DNA from: Candidatus Latescibacterota bacterium
Lineage (GTDB): Bacteria; Latescibacterota; UBA2968; GCA-2709665
Direction of reading: 5' to 3'
Length of the DNA stretch: 64,000 nucleotides
Assembly: GCA_965219995.1 (NCBI GenBank)
Contig: CBDCOX010000002.1
Coordinates: 2,976,001-3,040,000 of the forward strand
Shown one piece after another: positions 40,995-50,637 of the stretch; the first letter of the stretch is position 1, and every line of letters begins with the position of its first letter. The position numbers and the translations under genes are program-made. Below the pieces are notes generated by a model. The model saw only the letters and a program-made list of their open reading frames with translations, made no database searches and was not told the origin of the DNA.

Positions 40995-41401
40995 GGCCTG
41001 AATCATTCACTGAACATGAACTTACATGGATGGACAGGATGAACAGGATAAAGACCAAGAGCAGGACAAATGCTCACGATTCCGAGCCAAACCGATAGAT
41101 CCTTACCTTGGTGGGCTACGAAACATCACCGTGACCAATCAACTTCGTAATTCATGAAATGCCGTCGCATAATACTTCGCTGAATTTATTGAAAAACAAC
41201 CCGTTATACATCAAAACCGTGGGTTTTCGTGAAGAATTCACCTTAGCCCATTTAATTCAAAAAACGGAACTTACTATGGATGAACAGGAAATACCTGCAG
41301 GGTCACGCTGTTACGACACACGCCGTTTCGGTCCCATACCCTTTGTGTCTTTTGTGCTTTTTGTGGCCAATTTAACGGTTGCTTTTTTCGAATTGAGGTT
41401 A
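40995..41401. mobile_element. Family B composite MITE-like element (two units in tandem: ~40995-41246 and ~41244-41401)
   Basis: First unit aligns with reverse complement of 60593-60845; second unit aligns with 29733-29846 and 56153-56218; contains 9-nt periodic modules. Confidence 0.75.
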
Positions 41402-42604
41402 ACAGTCCGTTGACAGAGTTGCTGGGGAGGTCCCGGCGCCAGGCGAGACCAGCGCGACCGCCTGAGCGGCGATTCCCTCTTCTGCGCCCGCGAATCCAAG
41501 GCCTTCCGTCGTCGTTGCCTTCACCGACACGCGTTCCACCGGGATGCCGAGTGCACCGGCCATCTTCTTCCGCATGTCGATGATGTACGGAGCGAGCTTC
41601 GGGCGCTGCGCGATTATGGTAGCATCCACATTGACAATCTCGGCTCCGGCGTCGCTGACCAGGCCCGACACCCGCTTCAGGAGAACCAGACTCGAAATTC
41701 CGGCATACGCAGGGTCGGAGTCGGGGAAATGACCGCCGATATCGCCCAGACCCATCGCACCGAGAATTGCATCCGCAACCGCGTGAGAGATCACGTCGGC
41801 GTCGGAGTGCCCCTGAAGTCCCCGGTCGAACGGGACCCTCACCCCGCCCAGAATCAACGGCCGGCCGGCCGTCAGCCGATGGACGTCGTAACCCTGCCCC
41901 GCCCGCAGGTTCACGTTCGCGCTCCCGGCCCGGGATCTCAGGATCGATTCGGCCAACGCCAGATCCTCCTGCGCCGTAATTTTCAGATTGTCTTCCCGGC
42001 CGGTCACCACGTGTACCGGGGCATTCACCCGTTCGACGAGCGACGTGTCGTCCGTACCCACGTATCCCGATCGGGCCGCCGCATCGTGCGCCCGCCGCAA
42101 AATTGACGCGCGAAACGCCTGGGGCGTCTGTACCCGCCACATCCGCGACCGGTCCAGCGTCTGAAGCACGCGCCCGTTTTCGACCTCCTTGACGGTATCC
42201 GTTACGGGCGCGCCCAGCACCGCCGAGCCTTTGTCGCGCGCAAGATCGATGACAGCGTCGATCTGTCCGGGCAGTATCAGCGGCCTCGCGCCGTCGTGGA
42301 CCGCAATGACGCTCGCGTCGTCCGGCACCGCGCCGAGTCCCTGCGCAACGGAATCCTGGCGCTGGGCCCCGCCCTTCACGACGGCGGTGACCTTCCGGAT
42401 GCCCCAGCGGCGGACCATCTCGCGGCATCGGTCCACACGATCCGGCAGCGAGACAAGCACTACGCGGTCGACCTGACGCGCACGCTCGAATGCCGCCAGG
42501 GCATGGACGAGCACCGGACGCCCGGCCAGGCTCAGGAACTGCTTGGGCAGGACGTCCCCCATCCGGCGACCTGAGCCCGCGGCAAGCAGGATTGCGTAGA
42601 CCAT
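41399..42604 (-). CDS. ispDF: Bifunctional IspD/IspF
   Basis: LAAGSGRRM...PKQF, GG..RQDSV, HDGARP, QTPQAF, TDD, KIT; then GQGYDVH, GHSDADV..HA..DA, GDIG.HFPD, KATTTEGLG. Confidence 0.96.
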   Translation of the reverse strand: MVYAILLAAGSGRRMGDVLPKQFLSLAGRPVLVHALAAFERARQVDRVVLVSLPDRVDRCREMVRRWGIRKVTAVVKGGAQRQDSVAQGLGAVPDDASVIAVHDGARPLILPGQIDAVIDLARDKGSAVLGAPVTDTVKEVENGRVLQTLDRSRMWRVQTPQAFRASILRRAHDAAARSGYVGTDDTSLVERVNAPVHVVTGREDNLKITAQEDLALAESILRSRAGSANVNLRAGQGYDVHRLTAGRPLILGGVRVPFDRGLQGHSDADVISHAVADAILGAMGLGDIGGHFPDSDPAYAGISSLVLLKRVSGLVSDAGAEIVNVDATIIAQRPKLAPYIIDMRKKMAGALGIPVERVSVKATTTEGLGFAGAEEGIAAQAVALVSPGAGTSPATLSTDC

Positions 42605-42630
42605 AATGACCGACGATTCTTGATCGCACC

Positions 42631-43668
42631 TTATAGAATCAGCATCGCGTCGCCGTAGCTGTAAAACCGATATCGCTTCCGCACCGCTTCTTCGTAGGCC
42701 TGCAATATGAACCCCCGTTCCGCAAATGCTGAAACCAGCATGAGCAGGGTTGAACGGGGCAGATGAAAATTGGTGACCAGCGCATCAACAAGCTTGAACC
42801 GGTACGGAGGATGGACAAATAACCGGGTCCAGCCGGTTCCCGGATTCAGGGTCCAGCTATCGCGGGCACGCGACGCCGACCATTCGAGCGCGCGTACGGT
42901 CGTCGTGCCCACCGCCACAACGCGCCCTCCATTCCCCCGGCACGCGTTCACCTTCGCTGCGGTTTCCGAGCCGATCTCGAAGTACTCCGCGTCCATTTCG
43001 TGGCGCCGGGGATCTCGCACTTCCACGGGTTTGAACGTGCCGGGACCCACGTGAAGCAGCAGGGGAACGATTTCGATGCCGGACGACCGGATCCGGTCCA
43101 GGAGGTCGGTCGTAAAGTGCAGTCCCGCGGTAGGCGCCGCCACGGCTCCGGGGGTTCGCGCGTACACCGACTGATATCGTTCCCGGTCCGTCGGGTCCGC
43201 TTCCCGTCTGATATACGGCGGCAGCGGGATGCGCCCCAGGCTATCCAGAACCCTTTCCAGTGAGGGTTCGCCCTTGAACCGGACCATCCGTCGGCCGGAG
43301 GGCAGAACCTCCGTCACTTCCGCAACAAGGTCCGCGCCCTGAAAGGCCACTTCCGCGCCCTCCCGTAGACGACGGCCCGGACGCGCGAGAACTTCCCAGC
43401 AATCTCCGTTGCAACGAACCAGCAAAAGCTCCACGGCCCCGCCGGAGCCCGGTCGGTACCCGTTCAGGCGCGCCGGAAAAACCCGCGTTTCATTGACGAC
43501 CAGACAGTCTCCGGGACGCAGAAAGTCCGGAATCGACCTGAACACCGCATGGTCAATCCGCCCGGCACTCCGATCCAGCACCATCAAACGGGCGCCGTCC
43601 CGCTCCGAGGCCGGGTACTGGGCGATCAGTTCCTCAGGAAGCTCGTAATCGTAGTCGGCGAGGTTCAT
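42631..43668 (-). CDS. queA: SAM:tRNA ribosyltransferase-isomerase
   Basis: DYELPEELIAQ.P, PLPPYIRR, AVAAPTAGLHF, LHVG.GTF, VGTT, TNFHLP.STL, YRFYSYGDAM. Confidence 0.98.
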   Translation of the reverse strand: MNLADYDYELPEELIAQYPASERDGARLMVLDRSAGRIDHAVFRSIPDFLRPGDCLVVNETRVFPARLNGYRPGSGGAVELLLVRCNGDCWEVLARPGRRLREGAEVAFQGADLVAEVTEVLPSGRRMVRFKGEPSLERVLDSLGRIPLPPYIRREADPTDRERYQSVYARTPGAVAAPTAGLHFTTDLLDRIRSSGIEIVPLLLHVGPGTFKPVEVRDPRRHEMDAEYFEIGSETAAKVNACRGNGGRVVAVGTTTVRALEWSASRARDSWTLNPGTGWTRLFVHPPYRFKLVDALVTNFHLPRSTLLMLVSAFAERGFILQAYEEAVRKRYRFYSYGDAMLIL

Positions 43669-43683
43669 GCAACCCGATTGGAT

Positions 43684-43908
43684 TCAGCGGCGGGAAATGA
43701 GGTTCAGGACCACGGTCAGGACGATACTGACCGCAATACACGTCACGATGGGGAAATAGAAGCTGAACCCCTCCCGACGAACGACGATATCTCCCGGAAG
43801 CCGCCAGGGAAAGGTGATCCGGTTCCCGATCCACAGCAGGAAGCCGACCGCAAACACCAGAATCCCCAGAATCATCAGGATCCTGCCAAAGCCGGAAAAC
43901 TCGCTCAT
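43684..43908 (-). CDS. DUF2905 family membrane protein
   Basis: RLPGDI......FYFPIVTC; typical neighbour of queA. Confidence 0.88.
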   Translation of the reverse strand: MSEFSGFGRILMILGILVFAVGFLLWIGNRITFPWRLPGDIVVRREGFSFYFPIVTCIAVSIVLTVVLNLISRR

Positions 43909-44099
43909 GGCGACGACCCTTCAGAGAAGCCAAAACTTACAGAATTCTCTGCCCGGCGTCAACAGTCCCCTGGCAAAGTCGCTCTGCAGGCGATGCCGAA
44001 GACAAGGCGCGCGACCGACACACAATAAATAAAGACGTGAAACACGCCGCACCGCAGCGGTGGGCCGTTTCACGTCCGGCGTTCGGCTCGCGGCGATAT

Positions 44100-45134
44100 T
44101 CAAGGCGTGAAAACGACCTTCAACGCCTCCATATTTTCCGCTGCGGCAAATCCCTTTTCCCATTCTGAAAGCGGCAGCCGATGCGTAATGATGGGATCCA
44201 CGTCAATCTTTCCGTCGGCAATCATCCAGATGGTCTTGTCCCAGCTTGCATATTCCGTCGACATGTTGAAATAGAGCGTGACGACCTTGGTCATTGCCGC
44301 GTCCCAGTCCAGTTGCACGGGCCGCTTGCCGGTAAGGCCGATCGCGCAGATCCGGCCCCACTTGCACACAAGATCGACGGCCTGGGCGATGGCAGGCGGC
44401 GCGCCCGAGCACTCGATGACCAGATCGGCCCCTTTTCCATCGGTCAACGCCAGGCAACGCTCCACCGGGTCCGCCTCCGCGAAATTCACCACGTGGTCGA
44501 CGCCCAGCCTGCGCGCCGTGGCCAGGCGCAATTCCTCGTCTGCCGGCGCACCCACCATCATCACCTCCCTGGCGCCCGCGACCCGGGCGACCTGCGCGGC
44601 CAGCAATCCGATCGGCCCCGGACCCAGAACCACCACGAAATCGCCCACCTCAATCGCCTGCCGATCGATAATATCCGTAACCGTATTGGCCGCCGGTTCA
44701 ACCAGCGCGCCCTGCTCGAAACTCATGTGATCCGGTATGCGATGCAGCAGGTTCGTGGGATATTTCATATATTTCGTGAAAGCGCCGTCTATCCCCCACC
44801 CGGGGGATCTCTTCTCCAGGCAGTTCTGAATATGCCCTTTCCGGCAAAGGAAACACTTGCCGCAGTGCAGCGTATGCGGCTCTCCGACCACACGGTCTCC
44901 CGCTTTCCAATCCGTTACCGCCCGTCCGACTTCGACGATTTCACCTGAAAACTCATGACCCAGGACAACAGGCGGCCAATAAGGAAACGTGTCGTGTTTC
45001 ACGTGCACGTCCGTGCCGCAGATGCCCGCCGCCCTGATCTCGATCAGGACCTCCTCGTCCGTAATCTCGGGCTCCGGCACGTCGCGCAATTCCAGAAATC
45101 CGACGCCTCGTTCGGTCTTGACAACCGCATCCAT
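44100..45134 (-). CDS. Zn-dependent MDR dehydrogenase (sorbitol/threonine dehydrogenase-like)
   Basis: GICGTD, LGHEFSG, C..C..C.......C structural Zn site, GPGPIG. Confidence 0.92.
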   Translation of the reverse strand: MDAVVKTERGVGFLELRDVPEPEITDEEVLIEIRAAGICGTDVHVKHDTFPYWPPVVLGHEFSGEIVEVGRAVTDWKAGDRVVGEPHTLHCGKCFLCRKGHIQNCLEKRSPGWGIDGAFTKYMKYPTNLLHRIPDHMSFEQGALVEPAANTVTDIIDRQAIEVGDFVVVLGPGPIGLLAAQVARVAGAREVMMVGAPADEELRLATARRLGVDHVVNFAEADPVERCLALTDGKGADLVIECSGAPPAIAQAVDLVCKWGRICAIGLTGKRPVQLDWDAAMTKVVTLYFNMSTEYASWDKTIWMIADGKIDVDPIITHRLPLSEWEKGFAAAENMEALKVVFTP

Positions 45135-45290
45135 AATCCGCTCCTTTTCCAGGTTCAACTCCGCTCCGGACAGCGGTTTGAACGCAACCGTGGCACTGCG
45201 AAACGAATACCCAGGGACGGCGGGTTCTCACCTGAACCCTTCACATTGCAAAATCCCGCGAAAAGCACCCGTCCGTGACACGGATTCCCC

Positions 45291-45319
45291 TTGAATTTCG
45301 GGGTTCTATACTGTATAAT
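45291..45319 (+). promoter_or_regulatory. Near-consensus sigma70 promoter facing dinG
   Basis: TTGAAT-17nt-TATAAT. Confidence 0.6.
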
Positions 45320-45330
45320 CCACAATCGAA

Positions 45331-45522
45331 TCAGCCGCAATCCAGACAACGAATCTCGTCAAAGATCCGATCCTGCTCATCCGGTTCGTCGATTGAAAAA
45401 TTCACGAGGCACCTTACGGCCTTGGAAGCGTCTTCCAGACGGTATCGGGCGGCGACCTCTTCCAGAAACGCCATCTGGTGTGTTTCCAGCAAGATTTCGA
45501 ACGTCTTCTTTTCCTTGAACAC
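45331..45522 (-). CDS. Small (63 aa) protein, ribbon-helix-helix-like with C-terminal CxxC
   Basis: GGAGG RBS before GTG; KTFEILL strand, two helices (SKAVRCLV), ends IRCLDCG. Confidence 0.65.
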   Translation of the reverse strand: MFKEKKTFEILLETHQMAFLEEVAARYRLEDASKAVRCLVNFSIDEPDEQDRIFDEIRCLDCG

Positions 45523-45742
45523 GCCAGGACCTCCATGCAGTTTCGGGCTCGCCTGCGGAGCGACTCTTCGACGGACTGTTGAGGACCGCAATATTCCCGC
45601 TTTTTCGACAATTCATGATAGGATTTCCGCAGCGCATTGTCAATGGAGATTCAACTTCCGGCGCCCGCTTTGTCAGGAACGGCCCGTACCCGACGCGACA
45701 ACTCGAAATCGAATCGACTGTTGATCGCCGCCTCCCGAATTC

Positions 45743-48601
45743 ATGTCTATCCTCAAATCCTTTATCGCGGTTGACCTCGAAACCACCGGGCTCGAACCAC
45801 CCGCTGCCGAAATCCTGGAAATCGGCGCGGTGCGGGTGGATAACGGTCTGATCGTCGATCGTTTCCAGACGTATGTCCAACCCATGGGCGTCATCCCGGA
45901 AGAAACGACGCGGCTCACGGGGATCACGGCGGCCACGGTCCGGGATGCGCAGCGGATCGACACCGCTTTCGAGAAATTCCGGAGTTTCGCCGCCGAACTG
46001 CCCCTCATTGCCCACCACGGACGCTTTGAGTCCCGTTTTCTAAACGCCCCGGACCGTATCCCCGTTGAGAATTCGGTACACAGCGTGCGCGATCTAGCCC
46101 GCGCCGCGGTGCCCACCCTCCACGATCACCGCGTTGAGACCCTCTCCGAAACCTTCTCGGTTCAGTGCGACACACCCTTTAAGGCACTTTCCGACGCGGA
46201 AACACTGGCGGGAATTTACCTCAATTTGATTGAACGGCTCCGATCCGTTTCTCTGGAACTCAAGCAACAGATGCTTCGATTGGTGCAGGGCTCGCAGTCG
46301 GGCCTGCTTCCCATCCTGGTCGAGTTGGCCGACGAAGGCGTGAAAAAGGAATTCCTGGCTCCCAAGCCGGGCGGGGGGCTGCCGGACGCCCCGTTGTTCA
46401 ACGCAGGCGGGGAGACGCCCAGGATTCATGGCGAGCCCTCCGACCATCCGCTTGACGTCAAGGCGGTCTGCGACATGCTCGAACCCGGCGGCTGCTTCGA
46501 GGAGGGGGTCCCCGGGTACGAATACCGTCCCCAGCAGGTCGAAATGGCAAAGGCCGTAACCGAAGCCATCAACAACGGGCGGCACCTGGCCGTGGAAGCC
46601 GGCACGGGCGTGGGCAAGTCGATCGCCTACCTCGCGCCGGCCATTCTGTATGCAATGAAAAACAGCGTAAGATTCATCGTGTCGACCAACACCAAGAACC
46701 TCCAGGAGCAGCTTTTCTATAAGGACCTGCCCGCGCTGGCGGCGATTCTGGACGTGCCCTTCCGTTATGCCCTGCTCAAGGGTCGCAACAATTACATTTG
46801 CCTGAACAGGTGGGCGTCCGTTCTGGACAATCCGGACGCCGCCCTCACGCCGAACGAACGCATCGGCGCGCTGCCGCTGGTGCTTTGGGCGGAAACCACC
46901 AAAACAGGGGACATCACCGAGAATACGGGTTTCAACCCGCAGCGGCTTGCAAGCCTGTGGACGAAAATCTGCTCCGACTCGGGCTTCTGCCGAAGCCAGC
47001 GTTGCCGCAACAACGGCCGGTGTTTTGCCAACAACATCCGCAGGACCTCCGCAAAAGCGCACCTGGTGGTGATCAACCATTCATTGCTCTTCTCCGATCT
47101 GGTCACCGAAAACGCCATCCTCGGCGAGTACTCCCACCTTGTCCTGGATGAAGCCCACAACCTGGAGAAGGTTGCCGCGCACTATCTGGGAACGGAGCTG
47201 AGTGTATGGCGGGTGAAGAACCTTACCGATCAGCTGTGCGGACCGGGTTCGTCGGATGCGGGGACTCTGCCTGCCCTGAAACACTGGATCGCCGCTGCGG
47301 ATCCGGAACCGGCAACGGTGAAAGCCTTTGACGCCGGCATCAAATCCGCGACGATTTCGGTTCAGGAACTCTGGCTCAGGGCGCGGACCTTTTTTGAGGA
47401 CCTCACCCAACACCTCCTTAAACAGGCCGGCGCGCCGGGAAGCGCGCACAGGGAGAAGATCCGCTATCGACCGGGGGAGTCCGCCTTCGAGGCCGTGGCC
47501 GAATCGCTGAACCCGTTTTCGCTCGCTCTGGGTGAGTTGTGCAGCCGCCTCAAGGACCTTTCGGACTGGCTTCGAGACCTGCCCGGGCACACCTTTATCA
47601 ACCCGGACGAGATCACTAACGAACTGGATGGGTGCATCGAGAACGCCCGGACCATTCTGGACGATCTGAACGACCTCGTTGCGGCAAACGATGAGAACGC
47701 CGTCTACTGGCTGGAATTGCCGGGGAAGGAAGGGAGCGCCGACACCCGCCTCTTTTCCGCTCCTCTGGATGTATCGGAGATGTTGAGCGGCGGGCTGTAC
47801 GAAGGCAAATCAACAATCGTCTTTACGTCCGCCACGCTGGGAATACGCGGCAAACTCACCTACTTCCTCCGGCGCATGGGCCTCGAAACCATGCCCGGAA
47901 CCCGCCTCCGGACCCTCTGTCTGGGCTCCCCGTTCGACTACGGGAGACAGGCTCTGGTGTGCACCCCGCGCTTTATGCCCTCGCCCAAATCGGCCGATTA
48001 TCAGCAGGCGGTGGACACGCTGCTGCACGAGCTTATGCTCAGGACGAAACGGGGCACGCTGGCCCTCTTCACCTCGTACAGGATGTTGAACCGCACCTAC
48101 GATACCATCAAGCCCGACCTGCACACCAACGGCGTACTCGTGCTGGGACAGGGTATTGACGGATCCCGCACGAATATCACCGACCGGTTCAAACTCGAAA
48201 AAACCGCCATGCTGCTGGGTACCGACAGTTTCTGGGAAGGTATCGACGTACCCGGCAACGCGCTTCAGGTTCTGGGCATCGTACGTCTGCCGTTCGCCGT
48301 GCCGTCCGAACCTCTTGTAGCCGCCCATATCGAGGAACTTGAAAAGCAGGGCAAGAACGCGTTCCTGAATTACTCCGTACCCGAAGCCATCCTGAAATTC
48401 CGGCAGGGTTTCGGTCGACTCATCCGCAACAGGACCGACCGGGGCGCGGTCGTCGTGCTGGACAGCCGGGTACTCAGCACCCGATACGGCCGGGCGTTTC
48501 TGGAAGCCCTTCCCGTGGGGCATCGTACTTTCGACACCAGGGAAGAGATGATCGGCGCCATCGCCGCCTGGTTTGACGAACCAAACGGAACAGACCATTG
48601 A
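45743..48601 (+). CDS. dinG: DinG family Fe-S helicase fused to N-terminal DnaQ-like exonuclease domain
   Basis: VDLETTG; YRPQQ, EAGTGVGKS, Fe-S cysteines, LDEAH, TSATL, FWEGID, QGFGRLIR. Confidence 0.93.
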   Translation: MSILKSFIAVDLETTGLEPPAAEILEIGAVRVDNGLIVDRFQTYVQPMGVIPEETTRLTGITAATVRDAQRIDTAFEKFRSFAAELPLIAHHGRFESRFLNAPDRIPVENSVHSVRDLARAAVPTLHDHRVETLSETFSVQCDTPFKALSDAETLAGIYLNLIERLRSVSLELKQQMLRLVQGSQSGLLPILVELADEGVKKEFLAPKPGGGLPDAPLFNAGGETPRIHGEPSDHPLDVKAVCDMLEPGGCFEEGVPGYEYRPQQVEMAKAVTEAINNGRHLAVEAGTGVGKSIAYLAPAILYAMKNSVRFIVSTNTKNLQEQLFYKDLPALAAILDVPFRYALLKGRNNYICLNRWASVLDNPDAALTPNERIGALPLVLWAETTKTGDITENTGFNPQRLASLWTKICSDSGFCRSQRCRNNGRCFANNIRRTSAKAHLVVINHSLLFSDLVTENAILGEYSHLVLDEAHNLEKVAAHYLGTELSVWRVKNLTDQLCGPGSSDAGTLPALKHWIAAADPEPATVKAFDAGIKSATISVQELWLRARTFFEDLTQHLLKQAGAPGSAHREKIRYRPGESAFEAVAESLNPFSLALGELCSRLKDLSDWLRDLPGHTFINPDEITNELDGCIENARTILDDLNDLVAANDENAVYWLELPGKEGSADTRLFSAPLDVSEMLSGGLYEGKSTIVFTSATLGIRGKLTYFLRRMGLETMPGTRLRTLCLGSPFDYGRQALVCTPRFMPSPKSADYQQAVDTLLHELMLRTKRGTLALFTSYRMLNRTYDTIKPDLHTNGVLVLGQGIDGSRTNITDRFKLEKTAMLLGTDSFWEGIDVPGNALQVLGIVRLPFAVPSEPLVAAHIEELEKQGKNAFLNYSVPEAILKFRQGFGRLIRNRTDRGAVVVLDSRVLSTRYGRAFLEALPVGHRTFDTREEMIGAIAAWFDEPNGTDH

Positions 48602-50070
48602 ATCCACAGGGCGTGACATCCATCAAGGAGCCCCTGGAGAAGCTGCTCGCACAGGTGCCCCAGATTAACCACCCGCTGATCGGCCATGCGTATCACCTCG
48701 CAAACGCAAGCCACGAAGGACAGCACCGCGACGAGGGGCAGCCGTTTATCACCCATCCCATTGCCGTGGCGCTCATTCTGGCATCCGAACTCGGCTTCGC
48801 CAGAGACACGGACATGATTTCCGCCGCGCTGCTCCACGACGCAGCGGAAGACTCCGTGCTCACCCCGGACGAGGACATCCTGCCCACGTTCGGCGCGCGG
48901 GTCACCGAACTGGTAAAGGGCGTAACCAAAGTTGACGAACCCGGCACACGCAGCCGATCCGCGCGCCGTTCCGCTACGCTCCAGCGTCTCTTCACCGCCG
49001 CGCACCGCGATCCGCGAGTACTCATCCTGAAACTCGCGGACCGGGTACACAACATGCGCAGCATCACGGGGATCAAGGACACCAAACGACAGCATCGAAT
49101 CGCGCAGGAGACCATCGACGTCTACGCGCCGCTGTCCCGTCTGCTGGGCATGGACCGTATACGCAGGGAACTGGAAGACCGCAGCTTCGGCTGCCTGCAC
49201 CCCAGGGTCTACGACCAGCTTGTCCGGCTTACGCAAGGCGGCCCGCCGCAATCCTATCTCGACTTTCAGACCGAGATGCGCGATATTGTAACGAACAACG
49301 GTATCCGCACCCGCATCCGCCTTCAAATGAAGAGCCTGAGCAGCATCTACGGCAAGGCCATCGGCGCCCGAACGGACGAGTCGCCGCTTCCGGTAGACAA
49401 CGTCCATGACCGGTACGCCGTTATTGTGATCACATCCAGTCGTTACACCTGCTATCGAACGCTCGGAGTCATCCATCACAGGTTCAACCCCTTGATGGAC
49501 GGGATAAAGGACTTTATCGCCTTGCCGAAACGGAACGGCTACCAGGCGCTGCAGACAACCGTCATCCACAGAGGGCAGCGTTTTGAAGTGGCGATCCAGA
49601 CCCCTTCCATGTACAGAATGGGCGAACTGGGCGTCGCGACACTTCGCGGAGGGGAACTCCAGGAAGAGCGGCGGACCCGGTGGCTTCAGGAACTGGCCGA
49701 ATGGCACGAACACGGCGGTTCCGGCGTTCATTTCCTGGACGAAGTCAAACGTATGCTCTTTGTCCACGAAATGGCCGTTTTCACGCCGAACGGCGATCCG
49801 ATTATCCTGCCGGAGGGCGCCACCCTCGCGGATTTTGCGTTTGCCGTCCATACGGACCTGGGCCTTCACTGCATCGGCGGGCGCGTCAACGGCAAACCCG
49901 CGTCTCGCTTTTCGGTTTTGAACTGGGGCGATACGATTGAAATCGATACCACGCCCCACCAGCAGCTGAAACGCAGCTGGCTGCGATATGTGAAGACCTA
50001 CCGCGCACGCCGCCTGATCCGCCGTTACATCGCCCGTGCGGAGTCATCCGGCGAACAGATCATCGAGTAG
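48598..50070 (+). CDS. RelA/SpoT homologue: intact HD hydrolase, degenerate synthetase, TGS; no ZFD/ACT
   Basis: HEGQHR, THP, LLHDAAED, KLADRVHNMR; synthetase region GYQALQT/EVAIQT; TGS DFAFAVHT; TTGA overlap with dinG. Confidence 0.9.
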   Translation: MNPQGVTSIKEPLEKLLAQVPQINHPLIGHAYHLANASHEGQHRDEGQPFITHPIAVALILASELGFARDTDMISAALLHDAAEDSVLTPDEDILPTFGARVTELVKGVTKVDEPGTRSRSARRSATLQRLFTAAHRDPRVLILKLADRVHNMRSITGIKDTKRQHRIAQETIDVYAPLSRLLGMDRIRRELEDRSFGCLHPRVYDQLVRLTQGGPPQSYLDFQTEMRDIVTNNGIRTRIRLQMKSLSSIYGKAIGARTDESPLPVDNVHDRYAVIVITSSRYTCYRTLGVIHHRFNPLMDGIKDFIALPKRNGYQALQTTVIHRGQRFEVAIQTPSMYRMGELGVATLRGGELQEERRTRWLQELAEWHEHGGSGVHFLDEVKRMLFVHEMAVFTPNGDPIILPEGATLADFAFAVHTDLGLHCIGGRVNGKPASRFSVLNWGDTIEIDTTPHQQLKRSWLRYVKTYRARRLIRRYIARAESSGEQIIE

Positions 50071-50170
50071 CCGGAAATTCGCTTCCGTACGAATTGTACT
50101 CCGTCCGGCTCGCCGACTTCGTTCGAGCGTCCTTCTTTCATGTTGACCTGAATGCCCTGGGAGTCATGCC

Positions 50171-50512
50171 GTGAACTTCCGCCTCTTCCTCGTCGCTGCG
50201 CTGGTCGCCCTCACCGCCTGCGGCCGCGACGCCGAACGCCTGCAGACTGAGATCGCCGGGCAGAAAAAGAAAATCGTCGAGGCAAGGACCGTCTTTCAAC
50301 TCGAACAAAAGCGCATGGGCGAGTTACGTGACAGCCTCGAAATCAACATCCGGCGGAATGTCGAGCTGAAGTTGGACTCGACCACTGCCGCGTCGATCGA
50401 AAAGGAACGCCTGAAACTCCAGGGGACGATTGTCGAAGCGGCGAAACGCAACCTGCGCAGTCAGCAGGAATTCCTGGCCCTCCTGAAGAAACATCTCCAG
50501 GACCACCGATAA
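50171..50512 (+). CDS. Coiled-coil lipoprotein
   Basis: Lipobox LTA-C at residue 17 followed by helical heptads. Confidence 0.75.
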   Translation: MNFRLFLVAALVALTACGRDAERLQTEIAGQKKKIVEARTVFQLEQKRMGELRDSLEINIRRNVELKLDSTTAASIEKERLKLQGTIVEAAKRNLRSQQEFLALLKKHLQDHR

Positions 50513-50637
50513 TCCCGTCAGTCCGCGCGACGGTTGTTCCCTATATCGTCGCGCACGCCGCAACGGCGCAATCTGCTTTTGCGTAGCCGCCGTCCTTCAC
50601 TCCACGGTGTGGAATCGATCTTCGTTCGAGGTCCAAT

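Noticed and set aside
40972-41058. N-terminal extension of DedA in the ORF track
   Set aside because: Runs into the Family B repeat; the TTG at 40971 has a good RBS
41159-41413. ORFs similar to each other at 41159-41413, 29357-29845, 60725-60916 and the start of 59712-60680
   Set aside because: The similarity comes from Family B DNA repeats; the 9-nt period yields spurious FVLFV and MDRM peptides
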